A DNA stretch of 64,000 nt from Eledone cirrhosa (lineage: Eukaryota), in contig OZ024743.1 in the NCBI GenBank assembly GCA_964016885.1, positions 110,856,001 to 110,920,000 on the forward strand, in the 5' to 3' direction. The translations under genes and the position numbers were made by a program. The notes under the pieces were generated by a model. That model was not told where the DNA came from and did no database searches. It worked only from the letters and a program-made list of their open reading frames with translations. Below are positions 26,401 to 39,315 of this stretch, piece by piece (positions within the stretch are counted from its first letter, which is position 1; every line of letters begins with the position of its first letter).

Positions 26401-28434
26401 TATACCACAACATCTTGCTGTTTATTGTTTGCACCAAGCAACATAGCAAAATCATACAATACAAATTTGCTAATGTCTACTGCATCGTTCGCAATATGAA
26501 AAGTAATATGCCTTAATAGAATCATATGAAAACAACAGGAGCGAGTAGAAATCAATCACAGGCTAGGGTTTAGTATTTGTGTGTGGGAGTGGACTTGATA
26601 TAGTAGTTTGTTACGCTTGTGTTTCCCAAACACATCGGTTTTTATCAGACAAATTCGCCTGTATATACAGAAAACATTCACACTATATGCTTGTTGTTCG
26701 ATGTTTTAGAAGGAGAAGATAGATTCTATCTATAGTGCATATTATTGTTTGAATATAGGAAGCAGGAAATTGTACACTATGCAAAATAGTTGTTTATTGT
26801 GAGATAGAATTGCTACTGATTTGATCGACACAACACTATCTACATAACATAATTATTAAGCACAACGAAGTGGGCATATAATGGGTATTTCTCCAGTTCA
26901 CCAATGAGGAATTAAATATAAAGTATGCAGACCTCCATAAACATTAGCGTAGTAGAGTCTTTTGTATTCATAAATCTAATAACATCTTTATTGACATCAT
27001 AATGGACGTATGAAACAGTATTATTTTCTTTGTTTGGCAGTATCGGTAGAAGATCAGCCGCCATGATTTGCATCATAGAGTTACGGCCAGTTACGGTCTG
27101 AGTACAAATCCCGTCGCCTTTAACATTGCTTTCATCCTTACGGATGTACGAAAACTAGAAACAGATATGTTATTTGAAAAGTGTCTTTAAGCAGATCTGC
27201 ATAGATACGTTATTAAAAATTAGTGAATTCTGCATTTTAAGCCACATATATGTATTATACGCGTCAATCAATTTCAATGTGGTTTTGCAGAAAAGACATT
27301 TGAACATTAAAATATAATACGCATAATGGAATATTAAGTGAAACATATTGCTAGAACCGCTATCAGACTAAATATTACTAATGTTAGTTTGTATTAAATC
27401 AAATATGTGATTGCGAAGTAAATATTTAGGAATGAGTTCAAATAAATTAACATCTTAAAAACAACATATATATATATATATATATATTGTGTAGTATATT
27501 TTAAAAAATGGAATATTTATTCATCACTTCACTGAAATTTTACATTAACAACGTTAATTATAATTTGACAACCAATTATTCAGAAGTATTATTTCCGTAA
27601 TGGAAATAAAAAAGAAACATATAGGAAATAAAACAAAAACAATTTACAAAATAAAACAATGTCCGATTCACTACTTCACTGATGCGTGAAGTATTACGAC
27701 TATCTGTCCTAGTATTTAATAGGTTACGAATTTGTATTCAACAAGTTTTGAATTTAAAATGTCTTTACTGAGTCATGCTTCAGTAATTAAAATATTTTAA
27801 CATCTCAATATTTGCAGCAACAACACTGTTAGAAATGTAGCATATTAACAATGTTATTTTCTATTCATATTATGCAGAAAACAAATATGCAACTGCAAAA
27901 TGGGAACCATATATAAAAACAGTAAATCAATTGATGAATAAGCTTAGTTTACTTCGAACGTCGTCCACATGCTGCATCAGAAAACACCGCAGTTTGATTT
28001 ACAATTAGTGGAACAAATCTACTAAAGATATAACACAGATACCCCATTCCGTTTAGGGATGTTTTTGGAATGAAATAAGGCTTTAAACAATTTGGTTTGT
28101 TGAAGATATAAGAATATGCAGAACAAAGGATATAAGAGGCGCCTTTATGGAATTCAAATCGCTCATGCACGACCAATTGCCCCCAAACGAGATAAATAGT
28201 ATAACAGACAATATAATCCCTGTTCACTCTGGCCCATGACCTCCACCGTGAATATAATTTTATATCGCGAATCTCAATATGCTACACTAAGCACAGCGAT
28301 AGCTATCTTGCTTTCTAGTATTTTCGTCTGCTCTCGTTTATTCATTCAATATGTCCACTGCTGTTGTACAATGTGCTTCCGTTTTTGTTCGATTGTGATG
28401 ATTATGATGACTATGAGGATGTTGATAATGGTGG

Positions 28435-28473
<39 letters not shown>

Positions 28474-28822
28474 TAATATAATAAAAATAATAATGAAAAC
28501 AACAAATTTATTAATAATACCCTGACTGTCATCATAAACGAAGCAGTCACTAACTAATGCCAATATCTTAGAAGGATCATAAACAGCAATATTAAAATAG
28601 AAGCTCCCCACTGCGCAGCATGACTTGAATTTAACTAATCCCTTCTGAAGATTAGTATTCGTTAAACACGATACAACATACTGATGATTAAATTACGAAA
28701 AAGGAGCCGATGTATATTTCTTCCAAGCATCGCATTAGGTCATAACTATAAAAAAAGATATGAGAGGAAAATGAAAACTACATGCATTTTGTTTTTCAGA
28801 GTATGCAATAACAATAATAATA

Positions 28823-31660
28823 AAGATTTCTTTATTAACCAAAAAGGGTTTACATCAAGAAAAACATTATGACAGCACAGGACGAAAATATAGAGTTTAG
28901 TATGCGTGTGTGGGCTTTCCGTGTAAACAAATTTTAACAATGACAAACAAGAATATAAAATGAAAACAAAGGTGGTTCCTAAATAGGGAGGACGTTCAAG
29001 AGTCCTTCGTGGAAAAAAACCATAAAGATACGGCTTCCCTGATCGCTACGGTAACTGACTTGTCCCACTTGTTCTCGCCTGATGTAGAGACTCACACTCA
29101 CATCGGGCCCATTCTTTTGCGCAGCAATTTCCATTTCCCCCTACATTTTCCGCTTCAAGTGAAACCTGAAGAAGTTAATATGGGCTTCGCCAAAGAGGAA
29201 AATGTTCATCTTCAAACATTACAAGCATGTCCACCATAAAATGTATTTTGCCCTGGCCACAAGAAAGATAAAAAGAACCCTCCTTTCTTGTCTAAAATAA
29301 GGTGGCAGGACAATCTTCACAATGGTTTAGGTTGATAACCGGATTTGTCCTATACACGACGTTAGTTGTTCGATATAAACCAACTAGTCTGGAATGCTCG
29401 GACATTGCGCGTAGCACGGTTCCGTCAGCTGGTGCGCATCTCGGACAGGCTTGGCTGATGGGTACCCCATGCCTGTTAAGTCTCTCACGAAATGGCAAAG
29501 CTGCTCAATAGTACATTCTGGCCAGTAATTAGCTGAAATTATCCATCGGATGTAAACCGATAGTTCTCCCGAAAAGTGGCTAGTTGATTTTCGTCGATGT
29601 CTAGCATTTTCCAAGTAAAGTCACTATTTCATTCACCACCAACACTCTATAAAACGCTAAGGTGAAATTTTCACCGAAATATTGTGCAGATGACATTCCA
29701 GTTTCTAAGCGCCCCCTCGACCAAGACTGCAGCTCCGTCACAGATGCGAGGTGGACGTGCATGCATCTTGTGAACAACGATCATACGTATTCATTGTTAA
29801 GGAGAACGTGGAGAGGTAGCCTCAGCGCATGTTTTCGCATCATCAGCCACGGCGTTCCAATTGCAGCGGGAGATGACAGCAGATGGGCCGCCTGATAATC
29901 GGAGCGCGTCACTTCTACATGAAGTGGCAGATTAAATCCTCCAGTGCTGTAAGACGGGGTTTTAGACAAGGCATGACGGAGTTGTAGATGACAGCCAACT
30001 TTCTCTCTACTCATTTCTCCTCCCAGTTTTGGTCAATCTGCAGGTCCAGACCTAACCAGACCACGAGCAATTTAACAGGACCCTCTGTCCAGTGTTCGAC
30101 GATTTTGTCGGATGCCATGGGCCTTCCTCGCCAGGTGCCAAGTTGCAGGCGCAATGCATGTTCCTAGTTGATTTTCGCTACAATCAACGTTTCGTATTCC
30201 CTCAGAGAATTGCCAATCACATCATTGTATTTCGTCCTTGACATTACAATGGAGATCTCGTCGTCATAGGCTGACACAAATCTTAAATGTCCTAGTATGC
30301 GCGGAATACCATCAATGCCTCTAATTTGGGTAGTATTGGCACGAGATTCAATATATATAACAAGGACGTGAGGCGACAGCTTTGGTGGCGGACCAAGACA
30401 TGAAGTTGAACAGCTCTGAGAGGTGAACGGTCAACACAAATAACGTTTCGTTGTGCATTGCAACGAGCAAGGGAAAACTAACCCGAAACCGGCTGCTTTG
30501 AGTACCACCACCAGATACCGATACTCGACCTTATCGAAAGCTTTCGATTTATCTAAATTGATCAAATCCCCAGTGGTGGTTGTTGCGGATGGATCTCTTG
30601 GGAATGACACATGTTTATCCCTCCCCTCGACCGCAGACAACATGCTCAGACCTCGCTAACACCTTGGCCAAAATGTTGAGCTCTACATATAGTAGAATTA
30701 TGGGCCTCACATTATCTATATTATCCAACTTGTTTTTTTCTATTTTCTGCAGCGCTACAGTTCCACGGTTTACAGGATTGGGAATTCTACAGTTCTGCTG
30801 CCCGTTATAGTAGACGTCTGCCAAGAGATAAGCAAACAGGTAAGGTTCTTTGCCCCCCGTGCATTCCGTCATCGCCTCCAGTATTTCACCAGCTCTTACC
30901 GCCCTTTCCCAAAACTCTGCCTCAGTGATAAACAGCTGCAACAGTAGCTCGATGTCCGCACTAAAGTTTATCTCACTATCCCGTCCACCTAACGCTCCCC
31001 CCCCCCCCCGAACTATTGAATGCGGTGTCGCTGAAACGCCGCGCACATCCGCACGGGATCGAGTAACATGCTCTCGTCGTAGTTCACTCGTGCTTCTCCG
31101 CCACTCGGGCCCATTCGACGTCTGTCGTCCCCGCATATCTAAGAGAACTCACCCTATCCCTGACAATGTAGCATTCGTGCTTCACGTTGAAAATTGGCCG
31201 CTAGCATTTCAGTGGCGTTGCCTTTCATAAATGCCTTTTTAAAGTTTCTAACAGGCTCACCTTCTAATTATTGTTTTCTTTTTCTACTGCTTTACTCAAA
31301 CTTAGTGATTCTACTTAAATTTAGCTTTTCTGTGCAAACCACCATTAGTTGCTGACAATTGTTCCATTAAACGACCATTTAACTATCATAATTTATTAAT
31401 GCAGTCTCTATAGTTCTTGTGCGCAGGGGAGGATTCGTTCAGCTTCCAGTAACCTGGAACCTGTGTATGAAGCTTATCTAAATCGATGTTGCAGATCAGA
31501 AATTGGTGGTCTATGTAGTCGACTATGTTAAAGTGTGGACAGCTTGTGCTAGCTTTTTCTACTTACCTACAAATTACCCTATCTACATTCAATCTAGATG
31601 ACCCAATGCACATTGGCGCATCGAGGAAATCCAGTCGTTACCTGTCAGACAATACCTGTT
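28823..31660 (-). mobile_element. Degraded Tx1-like LINE (APE, RT and C-terminal relics), 3' end abutting (AAT)n
   Basis: Relic peptides PGYWKLN, VRPIILL, LDKSKAFDKV, TPWLMMR and CPRC. The 3' end GATTTCTTTATTAACC follows AAT repeats at ~28807-28822. Confidence 0.8.
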
Positions 31661-31954
31661 GCAATGGTGTTGATGTTGGAGGTGGTGTTGTCCGCACCTA
31701 CCGTCGTTGTGTGTGGAAAAAAAAGTAAAGATCATAATTACCGTTTTTGTTCCCGAAATACTTTCTTGTTGCTGCTGCTGCAGTTGTTACTGCAGCTGTC
31801 ATTGATTTTAGAATTTCGGCTGTTTCACTCTATGGTCAGCCCACGATTCTGTTTAGCCTACGCTACATCTCTGACCACCAGCTTAATTGTCGGAGAAAAT
31901 TGATGTGCATGTTTGAAAATCAAACGCAGAGTTAGCCCCTGAGTGCTACAAGTA

Positions 31955-34490
31955 CTAAGCGCTGAAGTACGGGAGACCATGACTGGCTGCACACGGGGTT
32001 AATCGCCTGGTTTGGATGGTCTGCCCTACGAATTTTACGTACATATGTTAGACTTGTTCGGAGGCCTCTTGGCGGACGTCTACTGCAACTGGCAGCAGAA
32101 CAGGAGAATTCCCAGCTTTGTGAGCCGAGGAGTGGCGGCGCTGCTGAGAATGGATCCGAACAAAGGGGATAACATAGATAATTTCATGCCCATAACTCTG
32201 CTAAACACAGAGTTCAAGATTATGGCCAAGATGCTAGCAAAGGGTTGGCGCTTGTCATCGGTGGTCTGGTTGGAGAGGCGCAGATATGCGCCAGTCCAGA
32301 TAGATCCATCCACGAAAAGCTCCAACTCATGCGATACATCGTGGAGAGGGTAGCTAGGGACCCTTGGCATGGGTGGGTCCTTGATCAATTTAGATCACTC
32401 GAAAGCTTTCGATAGGGCTGACCATCAGTCCTGAGGGCGGCTGGCTTTGGGGCCGTCGTCGGAGGCTGGATTGCTGCCATTCACAACAACATCTGCTCTG
32501 TGGTGAGAGTGAAGTGTCACCTTTCGGAATCGTTAAACATCTTGCACACTGTCCGCCAAGGATGTCCCCTCTCGTCCCTGTTGTACGTATTGATGCTCGA
32601 GGCATTACTGCACAAAGTGGAGACGTGTTCGCCACCTCCACTCGACCTTTCACGGATATGTTCCTCCCGGCCAATTTCTGGGTGAGAGAGGCCACCCTGC
32701 GCGTCACTGCGTCCCAGTTTTTGTACGTCAGGAGGTCCGGACCGAACCAGAGTTCATCTATTGCTAACACCTTACTAAATCTAATTCTCTCTATTCTAAT
32801 CGCTCTTTTCAGGGCAAACCACCATTTGTTGTTAACGATGGCCCGCGTCAACGCCCACTAATTCGCTAATACGATCTCTGTAATCTTTCCGCGCTGTTAA
32901 CGACGCGTTTAGCTTCCAGTAGCCGGATCCCTGTCTATGAAGCCTCTCTAAGTCAACCAAACAGATCACGAATTTGGGGTCCGTGTAGTCTTGAATTGTG
33001 GACAACTTATGCTAGGCCTATCTATTTCCCTACAAAATACCCTATCTAGATATGATCTGGATGACCCGACGCAGTTTGTCCAAGTCCACATTGGCACATT
33101 CGGGAAATCCAAATGGTACCTGTCAGACAGGCTTGCGAGGCTTTTACACCTTCTACCTTATCTGCTAATCCCAAACAGTCCCAGCGTGCATCTAAAATCC
33201 CGTTCATGTCATCCACTAACACTAAAGTGTTGAATGTTCCAAGAAAGGTCTCCAGAAGCCGGAAGAAGTCAGGCCGTCCTCCTCTTGACGGGGCAGAGAC
33301 GGCCACTACCCTGAAAGCATGCTCTTCTTCACTGGTCACAACCAGAACCACCAACTTAACTTCTGGGTCCAAGAAGACGGCCCGTATCTCGAGATCCAAA
33401 CTTCTCCAGAACAACAATGCCCCCCCCCCCTCCGATCCGTGACGGTTTGGAGATGTGTACACCTAGTAGCCGCCGAAAATTAATGCGAATGCCTGTGCCC
33501 CGGAGATTCTGGTCTAGCTGATAGCCACCTGGCCGCCACATCTATATTTAGCGACCTGAGATCGTGGAACAGGTGGCCATGCTTCCAAGACGACGCCTGG
33601 CCACGTGCATTTATGGTACCTATCGTGAGAGAAGCCATGTTGGCTAGGATTGGAGAAAAACAAGTGAAAGTGGAAAAGTTAAAAAAAAAAACTTTAACTG
33701 TGGTGCTTTTTTTAGGAAGGGGTTGGGTGATCCATTCCTCCGAACAGTGGATGGTTTCTCCACGAGAATGTTTGTGAATATTATTTTAATGATGTTCCCC
33801 CGGTAATCTCCAATTGATGTGGGGAATATGTTGTTTAATGTCATGTAATTGTTAGAATGATTTCTATTATTTTTATGTGTGTGTGTATGTGGGGGGGGGG
33901 ATGTACGTAGTTTGTTTCTGTGATGTTGGTGTGGTGTTGAATGTGATTTAAAAGCTTTGTGTTGTCTGTGTCTATGACTGTTGGTGTGTTGGTGCTTTCT
34001 TTGTTTGTTGTGGTGTTGTTGGAGGTGACCATGGGGTAGATGCTAATGGTGGTGGTGGTGTTGGTGGTGTTGTTGGTGGTGATGGTGATAGTGTAGTGGT
34101 TGTGGTGTTGTGGGTGTTGATCGTGGTGGAGGAGGTGGGATCATTTTCATTTTATTTTTTTGTTCCCTTCTTCCTCTTTTTTGTTAAGTTGGAAGGTAGG
34201 GAGTTCTTCCTTCTGTTTTTGCACATCGCACTCCTTTTCCGATTTAGCAATATCGGGAAGGGGCATGCTCTCCATTGGTTATGTTGGTGGTGGAGGAGAT
34301 GCTGCTGTTACAGTTGTTGCTCCCTGGGTTCGTTATGGCTGTCGCTGCTGTTGTTGTTGTTATTGAGGTGAAGGTGGTGCGTGAGGATCCTTCTAATGGT
34401 GGAAAATGTTCGTAGTAGATGGATATTGCGCTGCTGCTGCTACTGTTCAAGTGGCTGCTGCTATTATTCAAGTGACTGCTGCTGCTGTTG
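31955..34490. mobile_element. Rearranged Tx1-like copy: plus-strand RT piece 31955-32625 joined to minus-strand RT, APE and ORF1 pieces
   Basis: 31955-32625 aligns to window positions ~25-705. 32625-32752 is the reverse complement of ~960-1085 and is fused directly to APE sequence (WWFALKRAI, GYWKLN, FRVVAVSAP). ORF2 starts at ~33638. Confidence 0.8.
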
Positions 34491-34499
34491 TCACCACCA

Positions 34500-35235
34500 C
34501 TTTAAAAAAGCTACAGAATGAATGCTAATGGCAGCGCAAGAGCAAGCCCTCAGAACGAAGTGGGTGAAACACCATATTGACAAGGAGGAGGCTAGCTCAC
34601 TGCGTAGGACCTGTGGAGAGAGAGAGGTGACTGTGGCACACATTGTATCCGAGTGTAAACACCTAGCCCATACTCACTATAAAGGCTGAAGACATGATAT
34701 GATAGGCAGGGTGATCCACTGGCATCTCTGGAAAGTAAACAATTTAGCACATTCTGAGAAGTGGTATGAGCATAAGCCAGAGAAGGTTATAGAAAACGAT
34801 CAGGTGAAGATGCTATTGAATCTTAGTATACAGACAGACAAGACATTACAACACAATAGGCCTGACCTGGTGGTTTTCGACAAGGAAAAAGGATCGTGCC
34901 TGATTGTAAATGCAGCCTTCCCATTTGATACGAGAGTGCAAGAAAAGGGGAGGAACAAAATTACCCGATACCAGGTATTAAAGTTGGAGTTAAAAAGGAT
35001 TTGGAACTGCCATGAGATCAAGGTCGTTCCGATTGTCATAGGAGCACTAGGTTCTATCATAAAGAGTTTCCATGGATAGTTAAGGAAGATTTGTCCAGTC
35101 CCGTTTTTTGAACACATCAAAAGGCATGCTTGCTAGGAACAGCAACAACCCTGCAATAGGTCCTGCATGTCTGAGGCTGCAGGTAGTGGCTTGATATTCA
35201 TTTCAACAAATTCTCCTGAGACTGAGACTCAAAGA
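34500..35235 (+). mobile_element. Older 5'-truncated R4/Dong-like copy (Zn knuckle + RLE, with stops)
   Basis: Aligns to 37670-38420, with motifs RHD, NRPDLVV, PFD and PIVIGALG. Ends in an AAT-rich tail. Confidence 0.88.
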
Positions 35236-35249
35236 TCAATAGTAATAAT

Positions 35250-35440
35250 AATTTTATCTACTTTAGGCACAAGGGCAGCAATTACCCAGTGCATTACTGG
35301 TACTTTATTTTATCGACCCCGTAAAGATGAAAGGCCCAAGTAAACCTCGGCGGGATTTGAACTCAGACCATAAAGGTACGTACATATGCTGGAACGCATG
35401 GCGTCCGACTATCTACCGATACTGCCAATCCACCGCCCTA
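35250..35440 (-). mobile_element. tRNA-derived SINE, near full length
   Basis: Minus strand: A-box TGGCAGTATCGG, B-box GAGTTCAAATCC, core, and tail CCTTGTGCCTAAAGTAGA. Confidence 0.85.
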
Positions 35441-35502
35441 TACAATAATAATAATAATGCTTTCATTTATTGGCCACAAGGGCCGACATGTAGGGGACAG
35501 GT

Positions 35503-35548
<46 letters not shown>

Positions 35549-38347
35549 GACAGGAAAAAGTTAAAAGAAACAACAGCTAAGGTAAACAAAGTCATCCCAT
35601 ACCTTGAGGCGAGGAGTCTTCACCAGTGCAACAATATCCTCAAAGCAACAGCAAATACGGTGAGGAAACTACTTGGTATAAAAGCGAGAGGAAACAACAG
35701 ACAAGAAAGAGCAGAGCCGTGGTGGAAGAAGCGACTGAGTGGGCAAATCGGGGAAATGAGAAATGACATAGGAAAGCTTGAGTCACTACTGAATGGGACA
35801 CTAAAAAACATAGGCACTAAAAATAGACTGGAAATAAAATACAAAACTAGGAGTAAAAAGCTAAATATTATCATAGAGGAATTGAAGCAACGCATTGTAG
35901 CAAAGAGTGCCAAAATCAGGCGATACGAGAACAGAGTCAGTCAGTATAAACAGAACCGCATGTTCGACAACAACCAGAAGATGCTGTTTGGACAGCTTGA
36001 GGGGAAAGAAAGAGGCACCGACTTGATCCCTGGGGCGGAACAAGCTAAAACATTCTGGAGAGGAATATGGGAGCAGGATGTTAGACACAATGCCCAGGCA
36101 GGGTGGATTGAGACAGTACAGAGGGAGATCGGTGAGCAGGCACAGCAACAGACTGATTTGAGTATCACAGTTGAAACTCTTAAGGGGCAAGCCAAAAAAC
36201 TAACCAACTGGAAATCACCAGGCCCAGATGGTGTGCAGGGGTATTGGATTAAACATTTAACATCCCTCCACCCGAAGCTGACGGCCATGTTCAATGACTG
36301 CTTGGTGTCGGGTGAGGTGCCAGAGTGGTTGACAAAAGGTACCACAGTTCTGATAATGAAAGACCGAATCAAGGGTAATGATGTTACCAACTATAGACCT
36401 ATCACATGTCTGCCCGTAATGTGGAAACTGTTGACGAGCATTGTGTCTGAGGAAATCTACCATCACCTCCACACAAACAACTTGTTGCCGGACGAACAGA
36501 AAGGATGCCGAAAGAAGTCACGTGGTACAAAGGACCAGTTGCTTATTGATAAGATGGTAATGGGGAATTGCAGGAGGAGACACACTGATCTTGCCATGGG
36601 ATGGATAGACTACAGAAAGGCATTTGACATGGTGCCTCATTCCTGGATCACCAAAAGCCTGGAGATCTTCAGGGTGGCAGATAACATCAGAGAGTTGCTG
36701 GGCAGGAGTATGGGGTCCTGGGAGACAGAGTTGACATCAACTGGAGTATCCTTGGGAAGCGTGAAGATCAAGAGAGGTATCTTCCAGGGAGATAGCCTGT
36801 CCCCTCTGTTGTTTGTCCTTGCCCTGATGCCCTTGACCATTATGCTGCGAAAAGTGAGAGCAGGATACAAGTTGGGAAGGGGAGAGCTTACCATCAATCA
36901 CCTCCTCTTCATGGACGATCTTAAGCTCTTCGGGAAAAGTGAGAAGGAGTTGGATGTGCTTGTTGACACTGTCCGTATTTTCAGCAGTGATATATGTATG
37001 CAGTTTGGTATTGGTAAATGTGGAGTCATTGTGATGAGGAGGGGTAGGTTGAGCAGAAGTAACGGGATCCAGATACCAACAGGTGAGATGATAAAGGAAA
37101 TTGACTCTGAGGAAGGATACAAGTATTTGGGCGTTCTGGAGGCTGATGGCATAAAGAACAAAAAAATGAAGGAATTGTTAAGAACTGAATACATTCGGAG
37201 AGTAAGGAGCGTATTGAAGTCACATCTGAACAGCAGAAATGCCATAAGCGCAGTAAATTCCCGAGCTGTGTCTATTATTAGGTACAGTGCGGGAATTCTG
37301 AGATGGAATGTTGCTGAACAAAAAGAAATGGATAGGAAGACTAGGAAGCTATTGACTATCTACAACATGTTCCACAAGAGGAGTGATGTCGATAGACTCT
37401 ACCTAAGGAGATCTGAGGGTGGAAGAGGTCTTATCAGCATAGAGGACTGTGTTCAGATGGAGAAAAACAACCTATACAAATACGTGACCTATAGTAAGGA
37501 GCCAATGCTCAGAGCTGTACTGAAGGAGGGGAGAGTAGGCCAGGGGATACCCAAGGAGGAAATAACATCAAGGAGGAAGAGCAGCCTTAAGGGAAAATCC
37601 CTTCATAGTACCTTCTTTGAGAAAACTGAATTTAGAGATCCACAGACATGGAACTGGTTGAGAAGAGGAGACCTCAAAAAGGCTACAGAAGGAATGCTAA
37701 TGGCTGCGCAGGAGCAGGCCCTCAAAACGAAGTGGTTGAAGCACCATATCTACAAGGAGGAGGCTAGCCCACTGTGCAGGATCTGTGGAGAGAGAGAGGA
37801 GACTGTGGCTCACATTGTGTCCGAGTGTAAACACCTAGCCCAGACCCACTATAAGGGCTGGAGACACGATGTGATGGGCAGGGTGATCCACTGGCACCTG
37901 TGCAAAGTAAACAATCTACCACATTCTGAGAAATGGTATGAGCATAGGCCAGAGGCGGTGATGGAGAACAGTCAGGTGAAGGTGCTGTGGGATTTTAGGA
38001 TACAGACGGACAAAAAACTGGAACACAATAGACCTGACCTGGTGGTTGTGGACAAAGAAAAAAGATCGTGCCTGATTGTGGATGTGGCCTGCCCGTTCGA
38101 CACGAGAGTGCAAGAGAAGGAGAGGGAGAAAATTAACCGATACCAGGACCTAAAGTGGGAGGTGAAAAGGATTTGGAACTGCCATGAAGTCAAAGTGATC
38201 CCGATTGTCATAGGCGCACTGGGGACTATCTCCAAAGGTTTCCAGGGATGGTTAAAGAAAATCGGCCCCTTCACGCTTTTTGGAACGCTTCAAAAGGCAT
38301 GCTTGCTTGGAACGGCAAGAACCCTCCGATACGTCCTGAATATCTGA
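35549..38347 (+). CDS. R4/Dong-clade non-LTR retrotransposon polyprotein: RT + CCHC knuckle + PD-(D/E)xK restriction-like endonuclease, open but 5'-truncated
   Basis: Motifs WKSPGPDG, YRPITCL, IDYRKAFD, GIFQGDSLSP, LLFMDDLKL, YKYLG, CRICGEREETVAHIVSEC, RHD and RPDLVV..DV..PFD..EKINRY..L. The frame is open for ~930 codons and starts right after (AAT)n at 35504-35548. Confidence 0.93.
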   Translation, partial: DRKKLKETTAKVNKVIPYLEARSLHQCNNILKATANTVRKLLGIKARGNNRQERAEPWWKKRLSGQIGEMRNDIGKLESLLNGTLKNIGTKNRLEIKYKTRSKKLNIIIEELKQRIVAKSAKIRRYENRVSQYKQNRMFDNNQKMLFGQLEGKERGTDLIPGAEQAKTFWRGIWEQDVRHNAQAGWIETVQREIGEQAQQQTDLSITVETLKGQAKKLTNWKSPGPDGVQGYWIKHLTSLHPKLTAMFNDCLVSGEVPEWLTKGTTVLIMKDRIKGNDVTNYRPITCLPVMWKLLTSIVSEEIYHHLHTNNLLPDEQKGCRKKSRGTKDQLLIDKMVMGNCRRRHTDLAMGWIDYRKAFDMVPHSWITKSLEIFRVADNIRELLGRSMGSWETELTSTGVSLGSVKIKRGIFQGDSLSPLLFVLALMPLTIMLRKVRAGYKLGRGELTINHLLFMDDLKLFGKSEKELDVLVDTVRIFSSDICMQFGIGKCGVIVMRRGRLSRSNGIQIPTGEMIKEIDSEEGYKYLGVLEADGIKNKKMKELLRTEYIRRVRSVLKSHLNSRNAISAVNSRAVSIIRYSAGILRWNVAEQKEMDRKTRKLLTIYNMFHKRSDVDRLYLRRSEGGRGLISIEDCVQMEKNNLYKYVTYSKEPMLRAVLKEGRVGQGIPKEEITSRRKSSLKGKSLHSTFFEKTEFRDPQTWNWLRRGDLKKATEGMLMAAQEQALKTKWLKHHIYKEEASPLCRICGEREETVAHIVSECKHLAQTHYKGWRHDVMGRVIHWHLCKVNNLPHSEKWYEHRPEAVMENSQVKVLWDFRIQTDKKLEHNRPDLVVVDKEKRSCLIVDVACPFDTRVQEKEREKINRYQDLKWEVKRIWNCHEVKVIPIVIGALGTISKGFQGWLKKIGPFTLFGTLQKACLLGTARTLRYVLNI

Positions 38348-38433
38348 GGCTGCAGGTAGTGGCTTGATATTCAATCCAACGGACTTTCCAGTTAACCAAC
38401 ATCAATGACTGAGATTCAAGGAATAACAATAAC

Positions 38434-38490
<57 letters not shown>

Positions 38491-38492
<2 letters not shown>

Positions 38493-38811
38493 GAGAGTGC
38501 AAGAGAAGGAGAGGGATAAAATTAATCGATACCAGGACCTAAAGTGGGAGGTGAAAAGGATTTGGAACTGCCATGAAGTCAAAGTGATCCCGATTGTCAT
38601 AGGCGCACTGGGGACTATCTCCAAAAGTTTCCAGGGATGGTTAAAGAAAATCGGCCCCGTCACGCTTTTTGGAACGCTTCAAAAGGCATGCTTGCTTGGA
38701 ACAGCAAGAACCCTCCGATACGTCCTGAATATCTGAGGCTGCAGGTAGTGGCTTGATATTCATTCCAACGGACTTTCCAGTTAACCAACATCAATGACTG
38801 AGATTCAAGGA
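38491..38811 (+). mobile_element. Dong-like 3'-end copy 2 (about 320 bp) between (AAT)n tracts
   Basis: Near-identical to 38104-38421. Confidence 0.92.
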
Positions 38812-38822
38812 ATAACAACAAC

Positions 38823-38883
<61 letters not shown>

Positions 38884-38886
<3 letters not shown>

Positions 38887-39290
38887 GGAACACAATAGAC
38901 CTGACCTGGTGGTTGTGGACAAAGAAAAAAGATCGTGCCTGATTGTGGATGTGGCCTACCCATTCGACACGAGAGTGCAAGAGAAGGAGAGTGAGAAAAT
39001 TAACCGATACCAGGACTTAAAGTGGGAGGTAAAAAGGATTTGGAACTGCCATGAAGTCAAAGTGATCCCGATTGTCATAGGCGCACTAGGGACTATCTCA
39101 AAAAGTTTCCAGGGATGGTTAAAGAAAATTGGCCCCTTCACGCTTTTTGGAACGCTTTAAAAGGCATGTTTGCTGGGAACAGCAAGAACCCTCCGATACG
39201 TCCTGAATATCTGAGGCTGCAGGTAGTGGCTTGATATTCATTTCAACAAACTTTCCAGTTAACTAACATCAATGACAGAGACTCAAAGAG
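38884..39290 (+). mobile_element. Dong-like 3'-end copy 3 (about 405 bp) between (AAT)n tracts
   Basis: Near-identical to 38017-38421, with a premature TAA at 39158-39160. Confidence 0.92.
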
Positions 39291-39315
39291 TAATAACAAT
39301 AATAATAATAATAAT

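Noticed and set aside
27949-28227. 92-aa minus-strand ORF in unique DNA
   Set aside because: No recognisable motif or supportable splice structure.
35327-35548. N-terminal 74 aa of the 1006-aa ORF
   Set aside because: This stretch reads through an antisense SINE, a Tx1 stub and (AAT)n. The in-frame fusion to the truncated Dong ORF looks accidental.
35549-38347. RT plus nuclease ORFs as a prokaryotic retron, DGR or defence system
   Set aside because: Motifs and flanks match eukaryotic non-LTR and Penelope-like retroelements, and there is no operon structure.
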